A stretch of 62,765 nt of DNA from an uncultured Clostridium sp. (GCA_946545015.1 CAMNMV010000002.1:1-62765); one strand, 5' to 3'; numbered from the stretch's first letter, positions 1-9,023 are shown. Translations and numbers: made by a program. Notes: a model not told the origin generated them from the letters alone.

Positions 1-180
1 CACAGAAGTCACACAAGTATGAGCCATAGAAGTAGCATGAGTCATAGAAGCCATAGAAGTAGCTTAAGTCATAGAAGCAGTTTAAGCCATAGAGGAATTG
101 GACATAGTAGTACGATGAGAAGAAGTAGTCTAAGTCATAGAAGTAGTTTGAGTCATCGAAGTATAGGTCGTACTTCAATT
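1..180 (+). repeat. Degenerate 18-nt tandem repeats encoding SHRSSL units
   Basis: Reiterated agtcatagaagtagyttr-like units are read directly in the first 180 nt. Confidence 0.6.
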
Positions 181-642
181 TTACATTCAAATATGTTTAG
201 AAGTCGTGGAATATCTAATGCACATGCATTTGCTGTTGGGAAAGCAACGGGAGTAAATATCAATGGAAGCCATATGGCAGCACATGGAGTTGCACTACAT
301 CATAGTAGGCTTAGAAGAAGGGCTACTTCATCAAATAATAGACATCATTTTACAGGAATGAATAATAATATTAGAAAAAGAGCTATGAATCATAATATTG
401 GAGGTATTAAAAGAAATAATTCTAGATTTAGGCAAAAAAGATATCATTCTAAAAAGTATGATTTTAAAAATTTTGAAACATTAAATGATAGATTAAATGA
501 TGTATTAAATAACTCATTTGAACAAGTAAATCATCAAATGACAGGATTTGTTTTTGTAGCAATAATAATATTTATATTTATCATGATAACTATGTTTATG
601 TCATTTTCAATGATGTCAAGACCAATGTTACCTAGATTTTAA
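1..642 (+). CDS. His/Arg/Ser-rich repeat protein with C-terminal transmembrane anchor; 5' end probably outside the window
   Basis: The frame is open from base 1 (HRSHTS precedes the first ATG at 19). It has SHRSS[LM] hexapeptide repeats, a very basic middle region and a single hydrophobic helix (FVFVAIIIFIFIMITMFMSF) near the C-terminus. A hairpin terminator follows. Confidence 0.55.
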   Translation, partial: HRSHTSMSHRSSMSHRSHRSSLSHRSSLSHRGIGHSSTMRRSSLSHRSSLSHRSIGRTSILHSNMFRSRGISNAHAFAVGKATGVNINGSHMAAHGVALHHSRLRRRATSSNNRHHFTGMNNNIRKRAMNHNIGGIKRNNSRFRQKRYHSKKYDFKNFETLNDRLNDVLNNSFEQVNHQMTGFVFVAIIIFIFIMITMFMSFSMMSRPMLPRF

Positions 643-660
643 TTAGTTAAATATAAAAAT

Positions 661-690
661 AGTCTGAATTGATTTCAGACTATTTTGGTT
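661..690. terminator. Hairpin terminator between convergent genes
   Basis: agtctgaa / ttcagact 8-bp stem with a 5-nt loop, followed by attttggttttt. Confidence 0.6.
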
Positions 691-691
691 T

Positions 692-1294
692 TTATAACTT
701 ATTTTTATAATAACTATCATATTGGTAAATTGCACCTAATGGATTATGTGCAAGAGCTCTATCTTTAACTGCAAGAACAGTAACAGGAGCTTTAGAATAT
801 TTGAAAAATAGTGTATCATGTCCTACACATAGTCCTAAAACTATATTAAATTCAGTCTTTTCTTTATTTAAAAACTCAGCTTGTGCAATAGGATTACACA
901 TAGGAACATCACAATCTTTTATTCCGATATTTTTGCGATTAACATTACCAAGCTTACATATAACAGATTCAACATCAAATCCATGTTTTCGTAGTATTTG
1001 TGCAAAAACATTAGCTTCTTTAGAAAGACCAACACAAAATGCTAATCCTAATTTTTTGTATCCCATTTTGGTACAGAAATCTACTATTTCTTTTACTCTG
1101 GGTTTAGCACCATAATTATCCATAACAACTTCTGCAGAAGCTTTAGCTATATCATAGTTTTCCTTATCTTTATATTCTTCAAGGATTTCTTTTAATTTAC
1201 CATCTTCATTTCTAGTTGGACAATTAGCTGGTCCATTTTCAACATCATTCTTATGACAAGAATGTTTAACACAATAGGCACATGTATATTTCAT
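692..1294 (-). CDS. DUF1847-like Cys-rich metal-binding protein
   Basis: Begins MKYTCAYCVKHSCHK and contains an LGLCVGHDTLFFKYS motif. I chose the internal ATG at 1294 rather than the ORF-track start at 1363. Confidence 0.6.
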   Translation of the reverse strand: MKYTCAYCVKHSCHKNDVENGPANCPTRNEDGKLKEILEEYKDKENYDIAKASAEVVMDNYGAKPRVKEIVDFCTKMGYKKLGLAFCVGLSKEANVFAQILRKHGFDVESVICKLGNVNRKNIGIKDCDVPMCNPIAQAEFLNKEKTEFNIVLGLCVGHDTLFFKYSKAPVTVLAVKDRALAHNPLGAIYQYDSYYKNKL

Positions 1295-1367
1295 AGATAT
1301 CACATCCTTACGATTAATTAATATTAAAATTATATCATATATTATTTGAAAAATAAATATCAAATTT

Positions 1368-1396
1368 TAAAAGAAAAAAGGCAGCTAAATGCTGCC
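1368..1396 (-). terminator. Intrinsic terminator for the minus-strand gene 1407-1751
   Basis: ggcagc / gctgcc stem, followed on the minus strand by a T-rich run (complement of aaaagaaaaaag). Confidence 0.5.
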
Positions 1397-1406
1397 CTTA
1401 CTTTCC

Positions 1407-1751
1407 TTAACCACTCATTTTGGCAAAAGTTGGAAGCTTCTGGCTCTTATCAACAAAAATTCTGTAAGGTAATTCATCAACAGAATCATATTCTGAAAAT
1501 GAGAAATGCCCATCACGATGAGAGTTAAAGCCAATCATAAAACGGTCTGTTCTGCCACTAGTTAAAAACCAATCGCCGTCATTAAGACTTTCCTCAATGA
1601 CTAGATCGTTTGATTTCCAAACCAGATAGATAGGCCTGATAACCGGGTTTGTGTTTCCTTCTAATACTGCAAGTGCATCAAGGATTTCATCAAGGTTATG
1701 TAAATCTACTTCCTTGACGTTTTTGTATGCTGTCAGCTCATAGCTGTTCAT
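1407..1751 (-). CDS. Hypothetical small protein (higher-GC islet)
   Basis: 114-aa ORF with visibly higher G+C than its neighbours. I recognise no family motif. Confidence 0.5.
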   Translation of the reverse strand: MNSYELTAYKNVKEVDLHNLDEILDALAVLEGNTNPVIRPIYLVWKSNDLVIEESLNDGDWFLTSGRTDRFMIGFNSHRDGHFSFSEYDSVDELPYRIFVDKSQKLPTFAKMSG

Positions 1752-1987
1752 TTAATATTCCTCCTTTCAGTAAAATTTTAATGTTAATGAATATTAAATG
1801 TGCATAAAACTATTATACTACTAAAAAAAGATATTATCAAATAATTGTTAAAATTTAGAATGAATATTGCAATTAACATAAAATTGACTAAATTGCAAAA
1901 TTATGTTAAAATAGAGGTATGCATGAAAGTGCGTCATAAGCCACCAACCAACTATAATGAAAGACATCTTGAAGGAGGATGCACATT

Positions 1988-2380
1988 ATGAACATTACAT
2001 TAACATTAGAAGAATTGGCAAACATCATTAAGTTATCAAAACTGGCTGAAGAGAGTATCAATGCAGAAAGGCTGCTTAAGGCTAAGTATGCAGAAGAACT
2101 CAAAAATGCCGGACATGATATCAGAGTGTATGAGAGATACGCTGATGAATATTCTGGCGTAGGATATCTTACAACTGATTGGAAGTTCAAATTCATGGAT
2201 TCCTGGAATCCCTCTGAAGTATTCGAACTTCAGGTTACAAAGGAAGAGATATATGCTTGTTTAAAAGCAGACTTCTACAAGAGTACTTGTCAGGAACATC
2301 TCATACCTGATGAGGACAAGAAAAAAGCGAGATATTCCTTCTATGTGAAGGAGTGGATTGAAAGATCCAAACGTTGGTGA
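1988..2380 (+). CDS. Hypothetical small protein (higher-GC islet)
   Basis: The ATG at 1988 lies about 10 nt after gaaggagg. A strong GC hairpin terminator follows. I recognise no family motif. Confidence 0.5.
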   Translation: MNITLTLEELANIIKLSKLAEESINAERLLKAKYAEELKNAGHDIRVYERYADEYSGVGYLTTDWKFKFMDSWNPSEVFELQVTKEEIYACLKADFYKSTCQEHLIPDEDKKKARYSFYVKEWIERSKRW

Positions 2381-2384
2381 GGTG

Positions 2385-2416
2385 GAGCCCCCCTTTCGAG
2401 GGGGCTCTATTCTTTT
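2385..2416 (+). terminator. Rho-independent terminator
   Basis: gagccccc / gggggctc 8-bp GC stem with a 7-nt loop, followed by tattcttttt. Confidence 0.8.
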
Positions 2417-2458
2417 TATAAAAGATAGTGTATAATACAAAAAAGAAAGGATATTAGT

Positions 2459-2962
2459 ATGAAAAGGATAGAAGATATAATAGGAGATAAGATATTAGAT
2501 TTAGCTCATCTAGTTTTAACTAAATTAGTAAAAGCTGATTTGCAAGTTGAAAATGTAAGAGAGATAACTCCTGATATGATTAAAAAGTTAAAAGAAGATT
2601 ATAACATAGAAGGTGTAATAATAGATGTAGATGAAACATTAAGAAAAGATATGAAGGATATGCCGAAATGTAATAAAGAATGGTTGGGAAGTTTAAAAGG
2701 TGAATTAAAAGTAGTAATATTAACAAATGGAATAGATAAAGAGCTTGGAAAATATTTTAAAAGTCAAGATATAGACTATATAGACTTTGCTATGAAGCCA
2801 CTAAAAAGAAACTTTAAAAAAGCATGTAATAGGATGGATGTAAAGCCAGAAAATGTATTAGTAATAGGTGATGACTTATTCGATGATATACATGGTGGAC
2901 AGAAAAATAAAATGAAAACTATACTTGTAAAAAATGTAGAAGATGATGAGGGAGAACGATAA
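2459..2962 (+). CDS. HAD-IIIA family phosphatase, YqeG-like
   Basis: VIIDVDETL (DxDxT-type motif I) and a GDDLFDDIHGG motif; about 167 aa, typical for YqeG. Confidence 0.7.
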   Translation: MKRIEDIIGDKILDLAHLVLTKLVKADLQVENVREITPDMIKKLKEDYNIEGVIIDVDETLRKDMKDMPKCNKEWLGSLKGELKVVILTNGIDKELGKYFKSQDIDYIDFAMKPLKRNFKKACNRMDVKPENVLVIGDDLFDDIHGGQKNKMKTILVKNVEDDEGER

Positions 2963-3098
2963 AATCAATTAATATATATTTTTATTTTAAAATCTATTTA
3001 TTTAAAAATTTTATATAAATTATCCATATATTGTGATATAATTGTGGAAAAGAATAGGAAAAAATATCAAATGTGCAAAAATAAAAGGAGGTATTATA

Positions 3099-3494
3099 AT
3101 GCAAATAGAAGAAAGATCATGTGGATGTATAATAATAGATAAAAAAGATGTACTATTAATACAACAAACATCAGGAGCATGGGGATTTCCCAAAGGACAT
3201 CCAGAACATGATGAAGATGAAGAGGCAACTGCGATAAGAGAGGTAAAAGAAGAAACAAATTTAAGTGTAAAAATAAATCCTAAAAAAAGATATACAATGT
3301 ATTATAGAACTGATGCTGGAAAAAATAAAGAAGTGGTGTTGTTCTTAGCCGAGAAAGTAGGAGGAGAGTTAAAAATACAAGAAGATGAATTATTGGATGC
3401 TAAATGGCTAGATGTATATGATGCATTAGAATTATTAACTTATGAAAATACAAAAGAATTATTTGAACAAGTATTAAAAGAAAATAAATTATAA
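3099..3494 (+). CDS. Nudix hydrolase
   Basis: Nudix box GFPKGHPEHDEDEEATAIREVKEETN. The ATG at 3099 lies 7 nt after aaggagg. Confidence 0.8.
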   Translation: MQIEERSCGCIIIDKKDVLLIQQTSGAWGFPKGHPEHDEDEEATAIREVKEETNLSVKINPKKRYTMYYRTDAGKNKEVVLFLAEKVGGELKIQEDELLDAKWLDVYDALELLTYENTKELFEQVLKENKL

Positions 3495-3532
3495 TATTAT
3501 AATTAAAAAATGAAAATAAAAATAATATAACT

Positions 3533-3566
3533 AAAAAACACAACTCACTTTGAAGTTGTGTTTTTT
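3533..3566. terminator. Bidirectional hairpin terminator
   Basis: aaaaaacacaact / agttgtgtttttt 13-bp stem between convergent genes. Confidence 0.75.
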
Positions 3567-3629
3567 AGTTATTATCCTATTACTAAATATAAATTAATTA
3601 TAATTTATTAACTAATATTTAAATTATAA

Positions 3630-4880
3630 TTATTGTAATTTTTTACCACATTCTGTGCAGAATTTTGCACCAGGTGTTAATTTTGTTCCACATTCTGGAC
3701 AGAATTTAGGTCCTTCTGAAACTGGAGCTTCAGCTTCTGCATTTTCTACTGGAGCTTCAGTTGGAGTTTCTGTGTTTTCTACTGGTGTTTCAGCTGGTGC
3801 TGGTTCTTCAGCAGGAGCAGGTTCTTGATTAGCTACTGGGCTAACTGGTTGTTGTGGCATTACTGTATTTTCATTTACTCTAGAGTTTGCAAGACCATCT
3901 TGTGAAAAAGCGTTGTTAGTTGTACCTTGCATAGCTCCTCCTACAGCTCCACCTGTTGACATATTCATCATACCAAGTCCCATGAACCCATTCATAGCTC
4001 CATTTGCATTACCTGCAGCTGTCTCCATAACATCAATAATACGACCTTGTTGCATGTAAGCATTTGAGTTGTGTTCGTATTCTGTAATTTTCTTTTCTGA
4101 TGCTTCATCAAGAGAAACTCCTTCAACAGTAAATCCTGTTAATTGAAGACCTCTTCTTCTGATTGGTTCATCAAATGTTGAATTAGCCATCATTTCTTTA
4201 ATTTCATCTGTTTGGCTAGGTAATTCCATAGCTGGTATTTGATGTTTTTCTGTTCCTAATTGATTTAATAAGTTTTGGAAAGCATCTAATACTTCTGATA
4301 ACATTTGTTCTAATAATGTATCTTTTCTGTATACATCTGCAATTCCTGCAATTTCATTCATAAATACTGCTGGGTTTTCCAATTTGAAAGTATATTTACC
4401 AAAGCATTTGATTTTTAAACTAAGTGGTATTAATTTACCTGTCATTTGATTTGGGATAGCATGTGCCCAATCTTGGAATAAAACTGGTGTTTTTGTTCCA
4501 AAGTTATTATTAATTATTTCTTTAGTATTGAAATAGAATACTGCTTGTTGTTTTGCAGATGCGCCATTGTATGTAAATCTTTGCCACATTTCTTTGAATA
4601 CTGCACCAAATTGTCCAGCAAAGAAAGATGGTGATGAAGAAGAATCAAATGTATAAATACCTTCTTCTGCTGATGCATCTAAAACTCTACCGTTATCATA
4701 GATGATAGCACATTGTCCAGGACCTACTATAATTGTACTTTTATTTGTAATAACTCCTGTTGGAGTTGTAACTTTTTTCATAAGAATATCATTTCCTAAA
4801 TCTTCGCATCTAATGGCTTCTTTCCATTGATCTTTGAAAGTGCTTCCGATAGCACCTGCTGCTGCTCTAATTAATCCCAT
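3630..4880 (-). CDS. SPFH/band-7-like (virion-core-protein-like, YdjI-type) protein with Pro/Glu-rich linker and C-terminal zinc ribbon
   Basis: N-terminus MGLIRAAAGAIGSTFKDQWKE, a PAPAEEPAPAETPVEN linker, and C-terminal CPECGTKLTPGAKFCTECG. Confidence 0.65.
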   Translation of the reverse strand: MGLIRAAAGAIGSTFKDQWKEAIRCEDLGNDILMKKVTTPTGVITNKSTIIVGPGQCAIIYDNGRVLDASAEEGIYTFDSSSSPSFFAGQFGAVFKEMWQRFTYNGASAKQQAVFYFNTKEIINNNFGTKTPVLFQDWAHAIPNQMTGKLIPLSLKIKCFGKYTFKLENPAVFMNEIAGIADVYRKDTLLEQMLSEVLDAFQNLLNQLGTEKHQIPAMELPSQTDEIKEMMANSTFDEPIRRRGLQLTGFTVEGVSLDEASEKKITEYEHNSNAYMQQGRIIDVMETAAGNANGAMNGFMGLGMMNMSTGGAVGGAMQGTTNNAFSQDGLANSRVNENTVMPQQPVSPVANQEPAPAEEPAPAETPVENTETPTEAPVENAEAEAPVSEGPKFCPECGTKLTPGAKFCTECGKKLQ

Positions 4881-4938
4881 AATTTTTCATTCCTTACTTT
4901 ATATATTTAGATTTTGAGAAAATCTATAAAACCATTTT

Positions 4939-5829
4939 TTAATATGATGCTCTTTCTAAGTTTGATAAGCACCAATTGTATTCTCCAGTTGTGATAACAC
5001 TTCCACAATAATCACATTTTCCTGCTGAAGTAATTAAAGTTGGAGCACCACAATTTGGACAATTTGTTGTATTAACCCTAGTTGTACCAGGTTTTGTTTT
5101 AACACCTAATTTTCTTTCAAAAGTTAAAAGATAAGAGTTTGTTCTTTCAATTTTAGGGTCGCCCTGTATAACTTTCTTAGTTTCAGCATTAATTATATAA
5201 TCTTGCATTCTAGAGTTTAATTTGATAACAAGAATTTCTTTATCACCAGAAACTCTATAATCATACAAGTTTGCATAGTTAACACAAATTCTATCCATTA
5301 CATTAATAGTTCCATTATCAATATAACCTTGTAATTGATTTTTGTGTTGTTCAAATAATGTGTTTGTTTCGAATACTCTTATTTCTGACCAATCACGTTT
5401 TGACCAAGCTTGTTGTAGACGAACAAATAAATCTTTTGACCAAGCAATAATTTCTTCTTTATTAAATAATTCGTCATGAGCTTGGATTTCTGACACGATT
5501 TGATCTTCTGTTTTTCTTGATGTAGACGCATTTGGATTTGGAGTAAATGTAGATTGATTTCCGCCATTGCTTCTTCTATATATTTCATATATAACTGCAA
5601 TTATTATAAATATAATAATACCAGTTGGACTAGTAAATAAGAAGAAAGATCCTCCACCACCAGAACCTGAATAAGAAGAGCCACTATGACTGCTAGATCT
5701 ACCACTGCTATAAGATTCGAAACTACCAACATCAGCAAAACTTATATTAGAAAGTAATATTAAGCAAGCTAAAATAATAATTGCAAAAACTATTATTTTC
5801 TTTAATCTGTTGTTAGTTTTCAAATTCAT
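4939..5829 (-). CDS. Membrane protein with Tim44-like domain and C-terminal zinc ribbon
   Basis: Signal/TM segment, a Gly/Ser-rich segment, a second TM, then a Tim44-like region (WSEIRVFETNTLFEQHKNQL) and CPNCGAP...CDYCGS. The ATG at 5829 follows a ggagat SD. Confidence 0.5.
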   Translation of the reverse strand: MNLKTNNRLKKIIVFAIIILACLILLSNISFADVGSFESYSSGRSSSHSGSSYSGSGGGGSFFLFTSPTGIIIFIIIAVIYEIYRRSNGGNQSTFTPNPNASTSRKTEDQIVSEIQAHDELFNKEEIIAWSKDLFVRLQQAWSKRDWSEIRVFETNTLFEQHKNQLQGYIDNGTINVMDRICVNYANLYDYRVSGDKEILVIKLNSRMQDYIINAETKKVIQGDPKIERTNSYLLTFERKLGVKTKPGTTRVNTTNCPNCGAPTLITSAGKCDYCGSVITTGEYNWCLSNLERASY

Positions 5830-5962
5830 TATATATCTCCTTTCACATAAGATTATATGTATTTTGTCGCTTATTGTCAATAGAAAATAGTTACATAAAG
5901 TTTAAAAAAAGTAAAAGTGGAAATACTTCATGTATAAATATATTAAGAAAGGAAGATGATTT

Positions 5963-6151
5963 ATGACAAATTTAAATCAATTAGAACTTCAACATTTAAG
6001 ACATTTAATTGGAGCGCATGAAACAGCATATCAAAAATTAAATACTTATTCTGCTCAAGCTGTTGATCCACAAATTAAACAAATATTTACTAAATCAGCA
6101 CAAGATGCATTGAACACAAAACAAAAATTAATGAGTTTTTTAAATAATTAA
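5963..6151 (+). CDS. Small spore coat protein, CotF-family-like
   Basis: LELQHLRHLIGAHETAYQKLNTYS pattern; paired with a second CotF-like gene. Confidence 0.6.
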   Translation: MTNLNQLELQHLRHLIGAHETAYQKLNTYSAQAVDPQIKQIFTKSAQDALNTKQKLMSFLNN

Positions 6152-6191
6152 ATCAATTATTTATTTTAAATTTTATTTAGGAGGAAAAAAT

Positions 6192-6437
6192 ATGGATGAA
6201 AAAGTAATGGTTAATGATATATTAGCAGGAGTCAAATCAGATTTAACTGCATATCAGACAGCAATAACTGAATGTGAAAATATTGGACTTAGACAAACAT
6301 TACAACAAATAAGAAATAGTGATGAGAGTTTCCAATATGAACTTTTTAAAGTAGCTATGACAAAAGGATATTATAAACCAGCGGCTAAAGCAACTACAAC
6401 AGAAGTGGATGATGTGAAGAATCAAGTTCAAGGCTAG
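6192..6437 (+). CDS. Spore coat protein, Coat F domain-like
   Basis: NDILAGVKSDLTAYQTAITECENIGLRQTLQQIRN...LFKVAMTKGYY matches the Coat F pattern. Confidence 0.7.
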   Translation: MDEKVMVNDILAGVKSDLTAYQTAITECENIGLRQTLQQIRNSDESFQYELFKVAMTKGYYKPAAKATTTEVDDVKNQVQG

Positions 6438-6450
6438 TAAAAATCAATCA

Positions 6451-6523
6451 AAATAAGGTGTATTTAATTTTCCTAAAGCGGGAAAAGGCTAAATAATTAG
6501 CTTTCAAATACATCTTATTTTTT
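6451..6523 (+). terminator. Branched (three-way junction) hairpin ending in a T-run
   Basis: A 15-bp outer stem (6451-6465 with 6506-6520, one G-U) encloses two inner hairpins, ttttcc/ggaaaa and gctaa/ttagc. It is followed by tttttt. Confidence 0.55.
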
Positions 6524-6756
6524 ATTAAAAAACAAATACAAAAACATAAGAAAAAATGTAAAAAAAAGAGAAAAAAAGAAAAAAAGAGTGAAAATAGACT
6601 TTGGTAAGTTTAGTAACATATTGCAAAAAAATAAATGTTACAATATTATTACAATAATGACATAGAAATGTAATAATTTTCTTATTGAGTTAGTATTAGC
6701 CGTAAGAAAAAATACATAATCCAAAGAATAAATATATAAAAAACAAGGAGTAATAT

Positions 6757-7788
6757 ATGTTTAAAAAAATATTAATACACACAAGAAGATCTATGAAGAT
6801 TTTAATATTACTTGCAATAGCTGCTATAATAATAGCAGGTGTAGTAGTATTCTTTTATAGAAGAACATACAGTGTAAAAATAAATGGAGTAGAAGTTGGA
6901 TATACGCAAAATAAGCATGAGCTTCAAAAGAAGATTAATGAGTATGTAGAACATGGAGATAGTGAACAAGTGGCATTTGTACAAATACAAGATATGCCAG
7001 AATATGAAATGTGTCTTTTAAAACGTGATGTTGAGCCAAATGATAATGAAATCTTCGAAAAAGTAAAAGAGTCTGGAATAAAATACTACAGATATTATGC
7101 TGTTGTAGAAGGTGAAGAAGAAAAATTATATGTATCTAAATTTGATGAAGCAGAACAAATTGTAAATGGTTTAAAAGAAAAGAAAAGTAAAAATTCAGAT
7201 AAAATATCAATAAAAGAAAAATATGAAACAGAATTAAAAGAGTTTACAGGTAAAGATGATGCGATTGCAAAACTATATGTAGAACCTCCAAAAGTAGTTG
7301 TAGCAAAAAGATCATACTCAAATTCTAATTCAGGAGTAACTTCTAGATATGCATCTAGTGGTTCAGTAAATACAGCATCAACAATATCTGGTGGAAGTGC
7401 TGATTTAGGAATTTCACTAATAAAACCTGTTTATGGAATTGTTTCATCAAGATTTGGAGTAAGTAGTAGTATTAGAAGATCTTATCATACAGGATTAGAT
7501 ATAGCTACATCAACTGGAACCCCAGTAGCAGCTGCAGCATCAGGAACGGTAACTTTTGCAGGATGGAAAGGTTCATATGGAAATTTACTTGTAATAACAC
7601 ATGCTAATGGTGTACAAACATATTATGGACATTGCAGCGCATTATATGTATCAGCTGGTGCTCAAGTAGCACAAGGACAAACTGTAGCGGCAGTCGGATC
7701 AACAGGAAATTCAACAGGGCCACATTTGCACTTAGAAGTAAGAGTAAATGGAGTAGCATATAATCCACAAAATTATTTAAGTTACTAG
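6757..7788 (+). CDS. M23 family peptidoglycan metalloendopeptidase with N-terminal membrane anchor
   Basis: HTGLDIA...GTVTFAGWKGSYGNLLVITHANG...GSTGNSTGPHLHLEVRVNG. Confidence 0.85.
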   Translation: MFKKILIHTRRSMKILILLAIAAIIIAGVVVFFYRRTYSVKINGVEVGYTQNKHELQKKINEYVEHGDSEQVAFVQIQDMPEYEMCLLKRDVEPNDNEIFEKVKESGIKYYRYYAVVEGEEEKLYVSKFDEAEQIVNGLKEKKSKNSDKISIKEKYETELKEFTGKDDAIAKLYVEPPKVVVAKRSYSNSNSGVTSRYASSGSVNTASTISGGSADLGISLIKPVYGIVSSRFGVSSSIRRSYHTGLDIATSTGTPVAAAASGTVTFAGWKGSYGNLLVITHANGVQTYYGHCSALYVSAGAQVAQGQTVAAVGSTGNSTGPHLHLEVRVNGVAYNPQNYLSY

Positions 7789-7802
7789 AATAGGAAATAA
7801 TA

Positions 7803-7838
7803 AAAAAGCTAAATTATAATGGAATAATTTAGCTTTTT
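7803..7838. terminator. Bidirectional hairpin terminator
   Basis: aaaaagctaaatta / taatttagcttttt 14-bp stem between convergent genes. Confidence 0.75.
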
Positions 7839-7842
7839 TCTA

Positions 7843-8502
7843 TTAAGAAAAATATTTAGAAATAGTTTTAAAAGCATTTTTAGAAATTATAGGTTTTCCG
7901 TATTCTGATAATTTTAATAAAAAATTATCAGAGTTTTTTACTAAATAAGAAAATTCACTTAGTAAAGAAAAAAGTTTTCTAAAATTTGTATAACTTAAAT
8001 TTAAATCTAAAAATATAAGATAATATGTATTTTTATAATAAAAAAGTGAAATTTTCTTAGCAATTCCATCAATTGAAATGTTGAATTTCTTTAGGGCTAT
8101 ACACAAATTACAAAATTCCTCGAAATTAGAAAATTTATAAATTGGATTTTTAATTATTTTTGTTTTGTTCATATTTGCATTTGCAGTTACATTTGTATTT
8201 ATATTTAAATTTGGATTTTTATTTTTAGTGATCTTAATATTTTTAACTTTTTTAGTTTTTTCTAATTTAGTTATTGTAAAAATAAAAATTTCATCAATAG
8301 AAGAAAATGATTCGATTAATAATTTACAGTCATCTGTATAGAAACCAATTTCCTTTTCAGCTTTATTTAATATATCTAAAAAGAATTTTTGAGATTTAAT
8401 ATTATCAAGCATAAAATCATTTAAATCAATCTTATTATTAGATAATTCATTGATATTTACAATTATTCTAATTTTATTATCTGTAAGTTTTTCAATTTTC
8501 AT
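7843..8502 (-). CDS. mecA: Adaptor protein MecA-like
   Basis: MKIEKLTDNKIRIIVNINEL N-terminus, typical of MecA. The ATG at 8502 follows a ggaggta SD. A poly-Asn linker is present. Confidence 0.6.
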   Translation of the reverse strand: MKIEKLTDNKIRIIVNINELSNNKIDLNDFMLDNIKSQKFFLDILNKAEKEIGFYTDDCKLLIESFSSIDEIFIFTITKLEKTKKVKNIKITKNKNPNLNINTNVTANANMNKTKIIKNPIYKFSNFEEFCNLCIALKKFNISIDGIAKKISLFYYKNTYYLIFLDLNLSYTNFRKLFSLLSEFSYLVKNSDNFLLKLSEYGKPIISKNAFKTISKYFS

Positions 8503-8648
8503 ATAATGCCTACCTCCTAAAAGGAATATATCTAAATTAATTATACTACTTAGACTATTATATTTAAACAAGTAATTTTTGGTAACTATTTTTAGAAAGT
8601 AAAATAGGAAAAATAATAGATAAAAGCCATTTAAATATCAAATAATAC

Positions 8649-8677
8649 TTGAAAAATTTTATAAATAAATATATAAT
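8649..8677 (+). promoter_or_regulatory. Sigma-A type promoter of the DUF4321-radC-mre operon
   Basis: TTGAAA, 17 nt, TATAAT read directly. Confidence 0.6.
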
Positions 8678-8730
8678 ACGGATGTACTTGAAAAAGGAAT
8701 ATCCGTAAGGAAAAAAATGGAGGTATAGAT

Positions 8731-8988
8731 ATGGCAACAAAAGAAAAAAATGTATGGATTTTATTAATATTTGTTTTATCAGGAATAGTTCTTGGAGGAC
8801 TACTTGGAGAACTTGCTAATCAAGTAAGCTGGCTAAAATGGATGGCATTTGGACAATCTTTTGGATTAGAAAATCCAATAGTATTAAATTTAGGAGTATT
8901 AACACTTACTTTTGGATTAATGATAAAAATAAATATTGCAAGTATAATAGGGATAGCAATAGCAATCTTTATATATAGAAAAATTTAA
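8731..8988 (+). CDS. DUF4321-like small membrane protein
   Basis: 85 aa with two hydrophobic segments, in the position upstream of radC/mreB that is typical in Clostridia. Confidence 0.6.
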   Translation: MATKEKNVWILLIFVLSGIVLGGLLGELANQVSWLKWMAFGQSFGLENPIVLNLGVLTLTFGLMIKINIASIIGIAIAIFIYRKI

Positions 8989-9023
8989 GGGGCTAATAAC
9001 AAACTTGGAAAGGAAGAAAAAAT

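Noticed and set aside
6537-6610. Long A-rich tract (aaaaaaaagagaaaaaaagaaaaaaagag) upstream of the M23 peptidase gene.
   Set aside because: It is low-complexity spacer DNA, possibly contributing to curvature or UP-like effects. It has no distinctive structure or recurrence that would justify a feature call.
6640-6690. WalR-like direct repeats (TGTWAH-N5-TGTWAH). They were seen upstream of the M23 peptidase gene (TGTTAC aatat TATTAC; TGTAAT aattt TCTTAT) and in the giant-gene leaders (TGTAAT ataaa TGACAT).
   Set aside because: Every candidate has a mismatch in the second half-site, and such AT-rich hexamers are expected frequently in this DNA. A statistical or genome-wide test would be needed to make this convincing.
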